Below, in pieces: positions 26,328-34,897 of a DNA stretch of 35,416 nt (its first letter is position 1; every line of letters starts with the position of its first letter). The DNA comes from Gemmatimonadota bacterium. Its GTDB lineage: Bacteria > Gemmatimonadota > Gemmatimonadetes > Gemmatimonadales > GWC2-71-9. The stretch is taken from NCBI GenBank assembly GCA_039932125.1, contig JBDTQP010000002.1:1-35416 (forward strand). The letters are read 5' to 3'. The translations under genes were made by a program, and so were the position numbers. Below the pieces are notes generated by a model. It did not search any database and was not told the DNA's origin. It was given only the letters and a program-made list of their open reading frames with translations.

Positions 26328-27194
26328 TTGCCGCTGATTTCCGGCTTCACCATCGTTCGCAATGCGATCAAACTCGACTTCCCGCTGGAGGCGAGCATTC
26401 GTTCCATTCTGCCTGTTTGCGACGAAGTAATTGTGAACGTTGGGAAATCGGAAGACGATACGCTGGCGCTGGTCCGTTCGATCGCGGATCCCAGGATCCG
26501 CATTATCGAAACGGACTGGGATATGACCATCAAGAACAAGGTGCTGGGAGACGAGACGCTCCGCGCCATGCGCGCGTGCCGGAATCCCTGGGGGATTTAC
26601 ATACAGGCCGATGAGGTTCTCCACGAACGCGGCGCCGAGCGGCTGGCGGAGGCGATCCAGCGTCATGACGCTGATGCGCGGGTGGAGGGACTTCTCGTCA
26701 GGTACCTGCATTTCTACGGCGACTTGAACACCATCGCGGTCAACCGTCGCTGGTATCGCCGCGAGGTGCGTGCAGTGCGGCTGGACCCGGCGCTCGATAT
26801 ACGTCCCTACCAGGGAGCCCAGGGTTTCCGCGTGGGTCCTGCGCATCGAAAGATCCGCGCTCGATTGACCGATGCCGAGATGTTTCATTATGGCTGGGCT
26901 CGCCCGGCGCAGGCGCTTCGGGCCAAGCGGGAAGTCAACAAGACGTTGTATCCCTGGTCGCGGGAGAGCGAAGCCCGGCGGCCGTTGTTGCCCTGGTTTC
27001 CTGGTCTCACGCCGTTTACGGGAACCCATCCCGCGTCCGCCCGCGAATGGGTAGCCGCGCGAATCCATGACCCTGAGCGCCGAGTTGAGCCGCCAAAATT
27101 CCAGACCGAACACTTGCGATTCTACCTATCTGATGTGATCGAGCGACTGACCGGCGCGCGCATCTTTGAGTTCCGCAATTACAAGCTCGTCTGA
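26328..27194 (+). CDS. GT2-like glycosyltransferase-fold protein
   Basis: N-terminus PLISGFTIVRNAIKLDFPLEASIRSILPVCDEVIVNVGKSEDDT is a GT-A-type beginning. Start is taken at TTG 26328 (AGAGGA 5 nt upstream). The track start TTG 26253 is the alternative. Confidence 0.6.
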   Translation: MPLISGFTIVRNAIKLDFPLEASIRSILPVCDEVIVNVGKSEDDTLALVRSIADPRIRIIETDWDMTIKNKVLGDETLRAMRACRNPWGIYIQADEVLHERGAERLAEAIQRHDADARVEGLLVRYLHFYGDLNTIAVNRRWYRREVRAVRLDPALDIRPYQGAQGFRVGPAHRKIRARLTDAEMFHYGWARPAQALRAKREVNKTLYPWSRESEARRPLLPWFPGLTPFTGTHPASAREWVAARIHDPERRVEPPKFQTEHLRFYLSDVIERLTGARIFEFRNYKLV

Positions 27195-27939
27195 CCCGGC
27201 CGGCCGGGATCAGCCGCTTCGGATCATCGCCTGTCCGAAAACCCACGAACGCGCCCTCGCGATTATCGCCGGCTGGCCGAAGGGCCGCCTGCTGGAAGTG
27301 GGAGCGGGAAGCGGCGCCTTTGCCCTTCGTGCCAGCCAGCTGGGTTTTTCGGTGGCGGCCTGCGATCTCTACCCGGACCAGTTCAGAGTACCGGAGATCG
27401 AATTCAAAACGGCTGACATCTCGGCCGGACTGCCGTATGCCAGTGGCAGTTTTGATGCAATGACCTGTCTCGAAACCATAGAGCACCTGGAAGACCAGTT
27501 CACTTTTGCCCGGGAGTGCGCGCGGGTGCTGAGGCCCGGTGGGCAGCTGCTCATCACGACGCCGAACATTCTGAGTCTCGCCTCCCGGTGGCAGTATTTC
27601 TGGACCGGATTTTTTCCGCTGGCGCCGCGGCCGATGAACGAGTTTCGCCGGGCCCCGGTGCATGACCACATTCACCTGCTCACCTATTATGAGCTCCGCT
27701 ACATTCTTCGCGCGGCCGGCTTGAGTCTCGCAGCGGCTATGACTGACCGCCGCCGGCGCCATGCCTACGTGCATCTCTGGGCCTGGCCCAAGATCTGGCT
27801 GGAGACCCGGCTGGCGCTGCGGCGGGAGCCCGATCCCGATCAGAAAATCGCCAACCGGGAGATCGCCGATCATATGCTGTCGAGCGCGCTGCTCCTTGGT
27901 CGAACCCTCATGCTGGTTGCCCGAAAGCCCGCCACTTGA
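27166..27939 (+). CDS. class I SAM-dependent methyltransferase
   Basis: Motif I LLEVGAGSGAFA, DAMTCLETIEHL and LRPGGQLLITTPN. TTG start overlaps the upstream gene by 29 nt. Confidence 0.8.
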   Translation: MSSAITSSSDPAGRDQPLRIIACPKTHERALAIIAGWPKGRLLEVGAGSGAFALRASQLGFSVAACDLYPDQFRVPEIEFKTADISAGLPYASGSFDAMTCLETIEHLEDQFTFARECARVLRPGGQLLITTPNILSLASRWQYFWTGFFPLAPRPMNEFRRAPVHDHIHLLTYYELRYILRAAGLSLAAAMTDRRRRHAYVHLWAWPKIWLETRLALRREPDPDQKIANREIADHMLSSALLLGRTLMLVARKPAT

Positions 27940-29492
27940 ATCGCGCCCGCGCGCCTCTCATCGTGCTGGGGCTGCTCACGGCAATACAGGCGGGCACGGC
28001 GATCTGGCGTATCGACGTGATGTTCCAGGAAGCGTTGCGGGTCGGACCCACGCCATTCGCCCTCTCGGCCGGGTTCTTCGAAGAGATCGGACTGTCGGCG
28101 GCGATCGCCGTTTGCGCGTGGTGGTGGTTGCCCCGTCGCGAGCCTTCTGCCAGCGGGTGGGCCCTTCGATTTCTGGCGATCGCCTGGGTTCTCGCATTGG
28201 GCCAGATGGGGTGGGTGTTCGTCTCAGGTTATTTCGAACACGGGATCACCTGGATGCTGCTGGGGCTGATTTTTCTGCTGGGCCCCGTGCTCCGCGTCAG
28301 GGTGAAGGATGAATCTTCCCAGGCTCCCCCGCCAGCCGAAACTCCACCATCGTTGCGCCATCCGGCCCTGGCCGGAGCCGTGTTCTTCTGGCTCCTTCAG
28401 GTCCCCCATCTGTTTTTTCCGTACCACTGGACCGACACCAAGGATATCTGGGCGTGCCGCGTGGTGGCGTTTGAGCATCGCGGGGATTTGAGCGGCATCT
28501 TTGATTGCCTGGATCCAGGACGACCGCCGCTGCATTCTCTCATACTCTGGCTGGGGCACACCAACCTCACCATGGAAGGGCGGCTGCTGCCGCTTCTCAT
28601 GCTTGGCGCTTTCGGCCTGGTGATGTATCGCCTGTTGCGGCAGAGCGTGCCGCGAGTCGCGCCATGGGCAATTCTCTGGTTCTTCATGACCGTGCGGGTA
28701 TACCAGGGTTCCGTCAGCAACTACGCCGACGTCTCGACCATGATCGCGATCACGGTTGCGCTCGTGATGTCGACCGGGGAGCCGCAGGTTCGCTCGCGAT
28801 GGCTGGCCATTGTCATTGCGGCGGTGGCGGCAATGTCCGCGGCGTTGATCAAGCGCGACGGCGGCGCACTTATCTTCGTGGGATCGGCGGTGATCCTCTG
28901 GTTTGCCCCGCGCCGGCTCAACCCCCAGCTCTACGGTGCGGCGCTCGGCGCGGTAATTGGTCTCGGGATCTGGACCATGCGGCCGCGGGACCTGTACGTC
29001 CCCGATGTGTACGCCCCTGTTTCCGCCGCGCTCGCGATGCCGACTCCTGCTCTGCCCCTTGTTGCCCCGGGTTCGGTCTCACAGAGCCATTCGGCAGCAT
29101 CGGACACCGTCGCGCCTGACTGGATGAAAGTTACGCCGAAATCCTATCTCACCATGCTCTATGGCATGCAGGGACAGGTCCTGTCACACTATGGCTACTG
29201 CATGTTCGTGCCCGCGTGGATCATCGTGGCGGTCTGGGTTCGCCGGCGTCGCGACCGCCTGCTGCCTCCCGGGCGGCTCTGGGGATGGCTCGGCATAGCG
29301 GGCTGGCTGGCTATCGTGGGCATCTACTTCGTGCACGTTTCCACCGGTCACCCGGAACGGGGTACGCTCTTCGTCATACGAACTGCTTTTGGGCGTCACC
29401 TTCTTCATATGTTTGCCTTCGCGCTGCTCAGCGCCGCCGCCTTTGCGAATGTCCTGCTGGACTCACACTCGACCGACCAGGTGCCGGCGTGA
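27936..29492 (+). CDS. polytopic GT-C-type glycosyltransferase (ArnT/PMT-like)
   Basis: 518 aa with more than 10 hydrophobic segments. An acidic first-loop element (HWTDTKD) followed by DPGRPPLHSLILWL parallels the D/E loop plus (K/R)PPL motif of ArnT/PMT_2 enzymes. The TTG start forms TTGA with the upstream stop. Confidence 0.6.
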   Translation: MNRARAPLIVLGLLTAIQAGTAIWRIDVMFQEALRVGPTPFALSAGFFEEIGLSAAIAVCAWWWLPRREPSASGWALRFLAIAWVLALGQMGWVFVSGYFEHGITWMLLGLIFLLGPVLRVRVKDESSQAPPPAETPPSLRHPALAGAVFFWLLQVPHLFFPYHWTDTKDIWACRVVAFEHRGDLSGIFDCLDPGRPPLHSLILWLGHTNLTMEGRLLPLLMLGAFGLVMYRLLRQSVPRVAPWAILWFFMTVRVYQGSVSNYADVSTMIAITVALVMSTGEPQVRSRWLAIVIAAVAAMSAALIKRDGGALIFVGSAVILWFAPRRLNPQLYGAALGAVIGLGIWTMRPRDLYVPDVYAPVSAALAMPTPALPLVAPGSVSQSHSAASDTVAPDWMKVTPKSYLTMLYGMQGQVLSHYGYCMFVPAWIIVAVWVRRRRDRLLPPGRLWGWLGIAGWLAIVGIYFVHVSTGHPERGTLFVIRTAFGRHLLHMFAFALLSAAAFANVLLDSHSTDQVPA

Positions 29493-30277
29493 TTCACGGC
29501 AAGCTTCCGTTGACGATCGTCATTCCTACGCTCAACGAAGCGGACCAGATTGGCGAGCTGGTGAAGAAACTCGACTGGGCCGGAGAGGTCATCGTGTCCG
29601 ATGGCGGCTCAACCGATGAGACCGTTCCGCTGGCGGCCGGCAACGGAGCGCTGGTGATCGAATCGACCGGCGGAACCATCGCCGCACAGCGGAATGCCGC
29701 CATTGCTGCCGCCGCGAACGAGTGGATCTTCACCCTCGACGCCGACGAGCGAATTTCCGATGAACTCCAGAATGAGCTGGCCCGGGTGCTCGCCCGGCCG
29801 GCCCATAAGGCATTTCGCGTTCGCCGGCGGAACTACTATCTCGGACGCGAGCTCAAGCGGGGCCACTGGGGGAGGGACTGGGTGACGCGGCTATTCACCC
29901 GGGACCTCCGCTACATCGAGCGCCGGGTCCACGAGGGCCTCGAAAAGGTGGACGATGTGGGACAGCTCATCGGGACGCTGCTGCACTCGCCCTATCGCAA
30001 TCTGAGCCACCAGCTTGAAAAAATGGAGCGCTACGCCCGCTGGGGCGCGCTCGATCTCTACGAGCGGGGCGAACGGGCCTCCATCCTTGACCTCTCGGTC
30101 CGGCCGGGTGGGCGGTTTCTCCGCGCATGGGTGCTGCAGCGAAACATCGTAGATGGGCGATTTGGTCTCGCCACCTCGATGCTCGGCGCATACGGCACCT
30201 TTCTCAAGTACGCGCACCTCTGGGCACTCGAGCGAGAGAAGGAGTCGAAACCGCTCCAGGCTGCGACGCACCGGTGA
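29489..30277 (+). CDS. glycosyltransferase family 2 (KdtX/WaaE-like LPS-core type)
   Basis: LTIVIPTLNEADQIGELV, VSDGGSTDET and FTLDADE (DxD). GTG 29489 forms GTGA with the upstream stop. The track ORF start 29216 lies inside the previous gene. Confidence 0.85.
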   Translation: MIHGKLPLTIVIPTLNEADQIGELVKKLDWAGEVIVSDGGSTDETVPLAAGNGALVIESTGGTIAAQRNAAIAAAANEWIFTLDADERISDELQNELARVLARPAHKAFRVRRRNYYLGRELKRGHWGRDWVTRLFTRDLRYIERRVHEGLEKVDDVGQLIGTLLHSPYRNLSHQLEKMERYARWGALDLYERGERASILDLSVRPGGRFLRAWVLQRNIVDGRFGLATSMLGAYGTFLKYAHLWALEREKESKPLQAATHR

Positions 30278-31374
30278 GCTTACCGGACTCATCTTCTCCT
30301 CTCCGGGTCGCCCTGCTCACCTCAGCACGAACCTGGCGGGGGTCGACCGTGAGTCTCGCCAACATCGCTGATGGACTGAACACCCGCGGACACTATGCGG
30401 AATTGATGGTGGGGGAGGACTCGAACGCGGAAATTCTCCGGCAGCGAGGGAGCTCTGTGTCAGTCCTTCCAGCCAGAAATACCGGATGGAAGGAGGTGCG
30501 AGCGCTTCGTCGCGCCATTCGCCGATCGGATATCCGCTTTATCATTGCCGACCGGCCGCGCGACCTTCGCCTGGCCGGACTTGCCTCTCCCGGCCTCGGG
30601 GTCCGGCTCATCTATCGATACAATGTGAGCCGGCCGCGTCCCCCATCCGATATCATCACCCGGCTGGCGTATCGCAGGGTGGCTATGACCCTGTTCCGTT
30701 CGGAGATCGGAGCGCGGCAGGTCCTGGACGCCGCGCCCTTCATGAGCACTCGGCCACATCAGGTTGTCGCCGGCGGGGTAGACACCAGAATCTTTTATCC
30801 GGATCAGCTCGCCGGTGAAAAATTCCGGGCATCGCTCGATCTCGTGGAAGGCCCTCTGCTCCTTTCTGTCGGAGCCCTCTTTCCGGAAAAACGCTATTCC
30901 GAGCTGTTCCGCAGTGTCGCCATGATGAAAGGCAATGTGCCTCTGCTGATCTGCGGCGAGGGGCGGCTGGAATCAGAGCTGCGCGCCGAAGCGCGGGAGC
31001 TTCGAATTGACGCCCGTTTCCTCGGTTTCCTTCCACCCGCCGAGTTGCGAGCCGCGTATAACGCAGCGGATATCGTCGTGCACACCTGCGCCGTCGAGAC
31101 GTTCGGGCTCAGTGTCAGTGAAGCCATGGCGTGTGGACGTTGCGTCGTTGCCGCGGCCGGCGGAGCCCTGCCCGAGGTTATCCATGATGCCGGCGTCCTT
31201 GTCGAGCCGGACGACCTCGCCGGATTTGCCGGGCAGGTTACCTCGCTCCTCGCTGACAGATCAGCGCGCGAACGGCTCGGTGTCATGGCACGCGAGCGGA
31301 GCTGGAACCTTTTCTCGCTGGAAAAAATGGTCGACAACTGTGAGCAGGTCCTCCAGGATCTGGAGCGGGACTGA
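30274..31374 (+). CDS. glycosyltransferase family 4
   Basis: LRVALLTSARTWRGSTVSL N-terminus. E-x7-E region VETFGLSVSEAMACGRCVVA. GTG 30274 forms GTGA with the upstream stop. Confidence 0.85.
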   Translation: MSLPDSSSPLRVALLTSARTWRGSTVSLANIADGLNTRGHYAELMVGEDSNAEILRQRGSSVSVLPARNTGWKEVRALRRAIRRSDIRFIIADRPRDLRLAGLASPGLGVRLIYRYNVSRPRPPSDIITRLAYRRVAMTLFRSEIGARQVLDAAPFMSTRPHQVVAGGVDTRIFYPDQLAGEKFRASLDLVEGPLLLSVGALFPEKRYSELFRSVAMMKGNVPLLICGEGRLESELRAEARELRIDARFLGFLPPAELRAAYNAADIVVHTCAVETFGLSVSEAMACGRCVVAAAGGALPEVIHDAGVLVEPDDLAGFAGQVTSLLADRSARERLGVMARERSWNLFSLEKMVDNCEQVLQDLERD

Positions 31375-32381
31375 TGCCGACTCTGATGGACACTCGGGGG
31401 CCGAGATTTGCCGTCTTCCAGCCGGGTCGAGCCGGGGACTTTATTCTCACGACCGCGCTTTTCAACGCAATAAAGGAAGCCGCTCCTGCTTCGGTCCTGA
31501 CTGTGATTGCGGGTCCTCGAGCGGCAGAGCTGGCTGCCGCCCACCCTGCCATTGATGAAACACTGGTCTTCGATCGCTCGCCTGGGCACATGGCCGGTCT
31601 CATTGCACGGCTTTGGTCGCGGCCATTCGATGCCTGGATCGATCCTAAAACGCACTTCAGCCGGAGCAGCCGACGCATGGCCATACTCGCTCGCGCCAGG
31701 AGCAAGGTCGGTTTTTCGGAGGGAGGGGGCTGGCCGTTTTCACTCAGCCTTTCCAGCATCACACCCTCGGGCTCCCATTTCGTACACCAGGCGCTAATGC
31801 CGCTGAGACTCCTTGGTCTTCCCGAGCCCGCCAAGCCCCGGGTGAGCCTGGGGCTTACACCAGCGGCCGAGGAGTGGGCTCGTCTTCAGCTAACAGGTAC
31901 CGGGGAATGGACCACGTTTCTGAATATCTCCGCCGGTAGTGGTTCAAGGGTATGGCCGATAGCGTGCTGGCTTGAGCTCCTTCCCCGACTCGCGAGGTAC
32001 CGGCCCACCACATTTCTCTTGAGTTCGGCACCCGAAGATGCCTCCCAGGCCGCCAGCCTGGCCACTGATGCTCGAGCCCTCGGCGTTTCTATTCGACAGG
32101 TTCCTCGCAGTGGGCTACTCTCGCTCGCGGCGTTGATTCGGCGGGTCAACATGGTGCTGACGGTCGACACCTCCATTGTCCACATCGCCGCCGCGTTTGA
32201 TCGCCCTCTCGTAGCCTTGTATATCCAGGAGTTTCCCGCATTCGATCGCTTCCAACCCTTGAGTTCGCAGCATGAGGTCGTCGCGTCGCCCCGCGGTTCG
32301 CCCATGTCAGCAATATCGGTAGAGCGGGTCGAGCAGGCTTATGTCCGGCTGGCGGGTGTTCTCTCATCCTTCCGCTTCTGA
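31374..32381 (+). CDS. glycosyltransferase family 9 (heptosyltransferase-like)
   Basis: FAVFQPGRAGDFILTTALFNAI and VDTSIVHIAAAFDRPLVALY are GT9 hallmarks. TGATG junction with the upstream gene. Confidence 0.8.
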   Translation: MPTLMDTRGPRFAVFQPGRAGDFILTTALFNAIKEAAPASVLTVIAGPRAAELAAAHPAIDETLVFDRSPGHMAGLIARLWSRPFDAWIDPKTHFSRSSRRMAILARARSKVGFSEGGGWPFSLSLSSITPSGSHFVHQALMPLRLLGLPEPAKPRVSLGLTPAAEEWARLQLTGTGEWTTFLNISAGSGSRVWPIACWLELLPRLARYRPTTFLLSSAPEDASQAASLATDARALGVSIRQVPRSGLLSLAALIRRVNMVLTVDTSIVHIAAAFDRPLVALYIQEFPAFDRFQPLSSQHEVVASPRGSPMSAISVERVEQAYVRLAGVLSSFRF

Positions 32382-32445
32382 GATCCTGCTCCAGCATCCT
32401 ATCGAGTCAGAGCAACAGCGTTAGCACCGAAGTCACGGAGGATCG

Positions 32446-32571
32446 GTGAAATTCACGAAGCACATGGGATCTCTACTGAGGCTCCTGGAGCACTATGGAG
32501 TTGACGTGATGGTGGAGACCTCTTCGAGTTGCTGGCGTTCACTGTGCCACAGGCCAGATGCCCTCATTTAG
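32446..32571 (+). CDS. 41-codon sORF, possibly a decayed gene remnant
   Basis: GTG preceded by GGAGGA (3-nt spacer). It encodes VKFTKHMGSLLRLLEHYGVDVMVETSSSCWRSLCHRPDALI and lies in a lower-GC 209-nt gap that interrupts the glycosyltransferase run. Confidence 0.2.
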   Translation: MKFTKHMGSLLRLLEHYGVDVMVETSSSCWRSLCHRPDALI

Positions 32572-32593
32572 CTGATGCGCTAGAATTCGATTG

Positions 32594-33790
32594 ATGTTTC
32601 CCCACCTTTTGCTGGCGTACGACTTTCCACCCATCGGCGGAGGACTCGCGCGGTGGATGGGCGAGCTGGCGCGGCATTATCCGCCAGAGACGCTTGTCGT
32701 GTCGACTGGTCAATCCGAAGGCAGCGATGCTCTCGACACGGAACTGCCCAACCGCATCGACCGGGTCTCTGTGCCGGCGCGCCGCCTGCGAACCATCCAG
32801 GGGCTGCTCCTCTGGTCCCGGCGGGTGTCCACGCTCTGTCGCACGCTCAAACCTGGATTTATCTGGTGCGGAAACATCAAGCCGGCGGCCTACCCGGCAA
32901 ACTGGGCGCGGGACCGCACTGGCGTGCCTTACGGGATCATCGTTCATGGAACCGATCTTCTTCTGCTGCAGCACCAGGCCCACCAGTCATCGTTCAAACG
33001 AAAAGTCGCCCGTACGCTCATTCAGCCCGCGTCGGTGATTGTCGCGAACAGCCGATACACCCGCGAGCTTTGCCTCACAGTGTGCCAGGAGATTGGTGCG
33101 CAGGTCGATCCGGAGAGCATCCGGGTAGTTCCACTGGGAACCGATCCGGTTCATTTCCGGCCCGGCATCGATACCACCTCGGTGCGTAAGCGATATGGAC
33201 TTGTCGGGGAGAGATGGATGCTCACCGTGGCGCGGCTTACGGCGCATAAGGGCATCGATGTCGGGCTCCGAGTGCTGGCGGAGCTCAAGTCAGAACACCC
33301 GGATCTCCGATATGCCGTCGTCGGGGCAGGGAAGCGGCAGGCCGAGCTCGAGAAGCTGGCGGCCACCCTGAAGGTCCAGGAACGCGTACGATTCCTCACC
33401 GATGTGACCGATGACGATCTTCCCGCCATGTACAACGTCGCCGATGTGTATCTCGGTGTCTCTCGACAGGCGGAATCGATGGTGGAGGGATTTGGCATTT
33501 CCCTGGTGGAGGCCTCGGCGTGCGGCGTGCCCGTTGTCGGCGGCAGAAGTGGTGGAATTCCCGATGCGGTCCGAGAAGGAGAGACCGGACTGCTGGTCGA
33601 TCCGACAGATCCACGGGAGGTTGGCGAGGCGGTCCACCGGATCCTGGCCGACAATGAACTGGCCCGCCGTCTGGGAGAGGCGGGCCGGCGGGCCGTGGAG
33701 ACTCACTTCAACTGGGATCGGGTGACGACGGAAATGATCCGGATCGCCGACGAGTTTTCCCGGACGGACGCTCGACCCGGGTCGCGCTGA
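32594..33790 (+). CDS. glycosyltransferase family 4
   Basis: MFPHLLLAYDFPPIGGGLARW N-terminus. E-x7-E region VEGFGISLVEASACGVPVVGG. ATG 32594 (TTG 32591 is the track start). Confidence 0.85.
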   Translation: MFPHLLLAYDFPPIGGGLARWMGELARHYPPETLVVSTGQSEGSDALDTELPNRIDRVSVPARRLRTIQGLLLWSRRVSTLCRTLKPGFIWCGNIKPAAYPANWARDRTGVPYGIIVHGTDLLLLQHQAHQSSFKRKVARTLIQPASVIVANSRYTRELCLTVCQEIGAQVDPESIRVVPLGTDPVHFRPGIDTTSVRKRYGLVGERWMLTVARLTAHKGIDVGLRVLAELKSEHPDLRYAVVGAGKRQAELEKLAATLKVQERVRFLTDVTDDDLPAMYNVADVYLGVSRQAESMVEGFGISLVEASACGVPVVGGRSGGIPDAVREGETGLLVDPTDPREVGEAVHRILADNELARRLGEAGRRAVETHFNWDRVTTEMIRIADEFSRTDARPGSR

Positions 33791-34814
33791 TCGCGTAGGT
33801 GGGGCAATTGAGCACATACTCCCCATCAACCGGAGACCATGTCTGGCGCGGCATGGACACCTGGGCTTTCCCGGCGGAATTCAGGCTGAACACCTTGGGC
33901 GCCATGGCTACGCAAATGCCACAACCAATGCAAAGCCGTTGATCCACGGCGATCTGCATCGGGGTTCGTGGATGTACTCCCCGGGAGAGTGCACCGCTCG
34001 ATGCGAGTTGATCCAGGACCGCGGTTGCGGCACGGTATCCCTCGGCGAGAAGCTGCTCGGTTTCATCGAACGCGAACATCGGGATCGTGTCCACTTCGGG
34101 GCGTATCAGGATCAGGGGTGGCTCACTCCATGTCGCGAGACTTCGGGAGGTCAGCGATTGCATCACGATCTCAAGCCCGCGCATGTAGGTCCCGGCAAAC
34201 CCGCTGTTTTCGATGCCGCTGCGTACCACCCGGGAACCACCAACATCCACGGCGATGATGAGTTGCTGCGCGGCGGTCGCGGCGGCGATCACCGGAAGCG
34301 TGTCCACCACCGCTCCATCGACGCAGAACCGGCCGCCCACTTCCCTCGGCGGCAGGATCCCCGGAAGGGCGCAGGACGCGAAGACCGCATCTCGAACCTT
34401 GACGTCACGAAATCCCGGCTGTCCCCAGAGCACCTGTGACCCGCTGTTGATGTCGACGGTATTGATCAGAAGTTCGTGCCGAAGGTCGTTGAAAGTGATG
34501 TCGCCAATCAGACTGTTGAGCAGGCTGTCCAGGGGTTCCTTGCGATAAATCGCCGGCGCCCTCATGCGGCGGAGGGCCATATCAGCGTGCGCGATCTGAA
34601 AAACGTCTCGCTTGCGAATAGCCCGCGCCCGGTCGGTCATCGCCTGGGGAGTCATCCCGGTGGCCCAGGTTGCACCGACCAGCGACCCCATGCTGGTCCC
34701 GACCACGAGGGAAGGAACCAGCGCGCGCTCCTGGAGGGCGCGGAGCACGCCGATGTGCGCCAGCCCTTTCATGCCGCCGCCGCTCAGGACCAGGGTAAAT
34801 GGATGTTCAATCAT
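33708..34814 (-). CDS. patatin-like phospholipase fused to a C-terminal single-cluster 4Fe-4S ferredoxin domain
   Basis: Patatin part: oxyanion SGGGMKG, nucleophile GTSMG, Asp motif VDGAVVD. C-terminus: CIGCGICVAMAP...NCPTYAI (C-x2-C-x2-C ... CP), encoded at about 33790-33950. Confidence 0.8.
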   Translation of the reverse strand: MIEHPFTLVLSGGGMKGLAHIGVLRALQERALVPSLVVGTSMGSLVGATWATGMTPQAMTDRARAIRKRDVFQIAHADMALRRMRAPAIYRKEPLDSLLNSLIGDITFNDLRHELLINTVDINSGSQVLWGQPGFRDVKVRDAVFASCALPGILPPREVGGRFCVDGAVVDTLPVIAAATAAQQLIIAVDVGGSRVVRSGIENSGFAGTYMRGLEIVMQSLTSRSLATWSEPPLILIRPEVDTIPMFAFDETEQLLAEGYRAATAVLDQLASSGALSRGVHPRTPMQIAVDQRLCIGCGICVAMAPKVFSLNSAGKAQVSMPRQTWSPVDGEYVLNCPTYAISATRVERPSGKTRRRSGSFPSSPDPS

Positions 34815-34897
34815 CGCGCTTGCTCTCAGTCCAACTCCATGAGTAACCTACCCACCAGCTGATTCCTCTTTTGCTCAAGGCACCCGATCTACTCGCC

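Noticed and set aside
27016-27873. 285-aa minus-strand ORF
   Set aside because: It is antisense to the GT2-like and methyltransferase genes. Arg/Gly/Pro-rich with no motifs.
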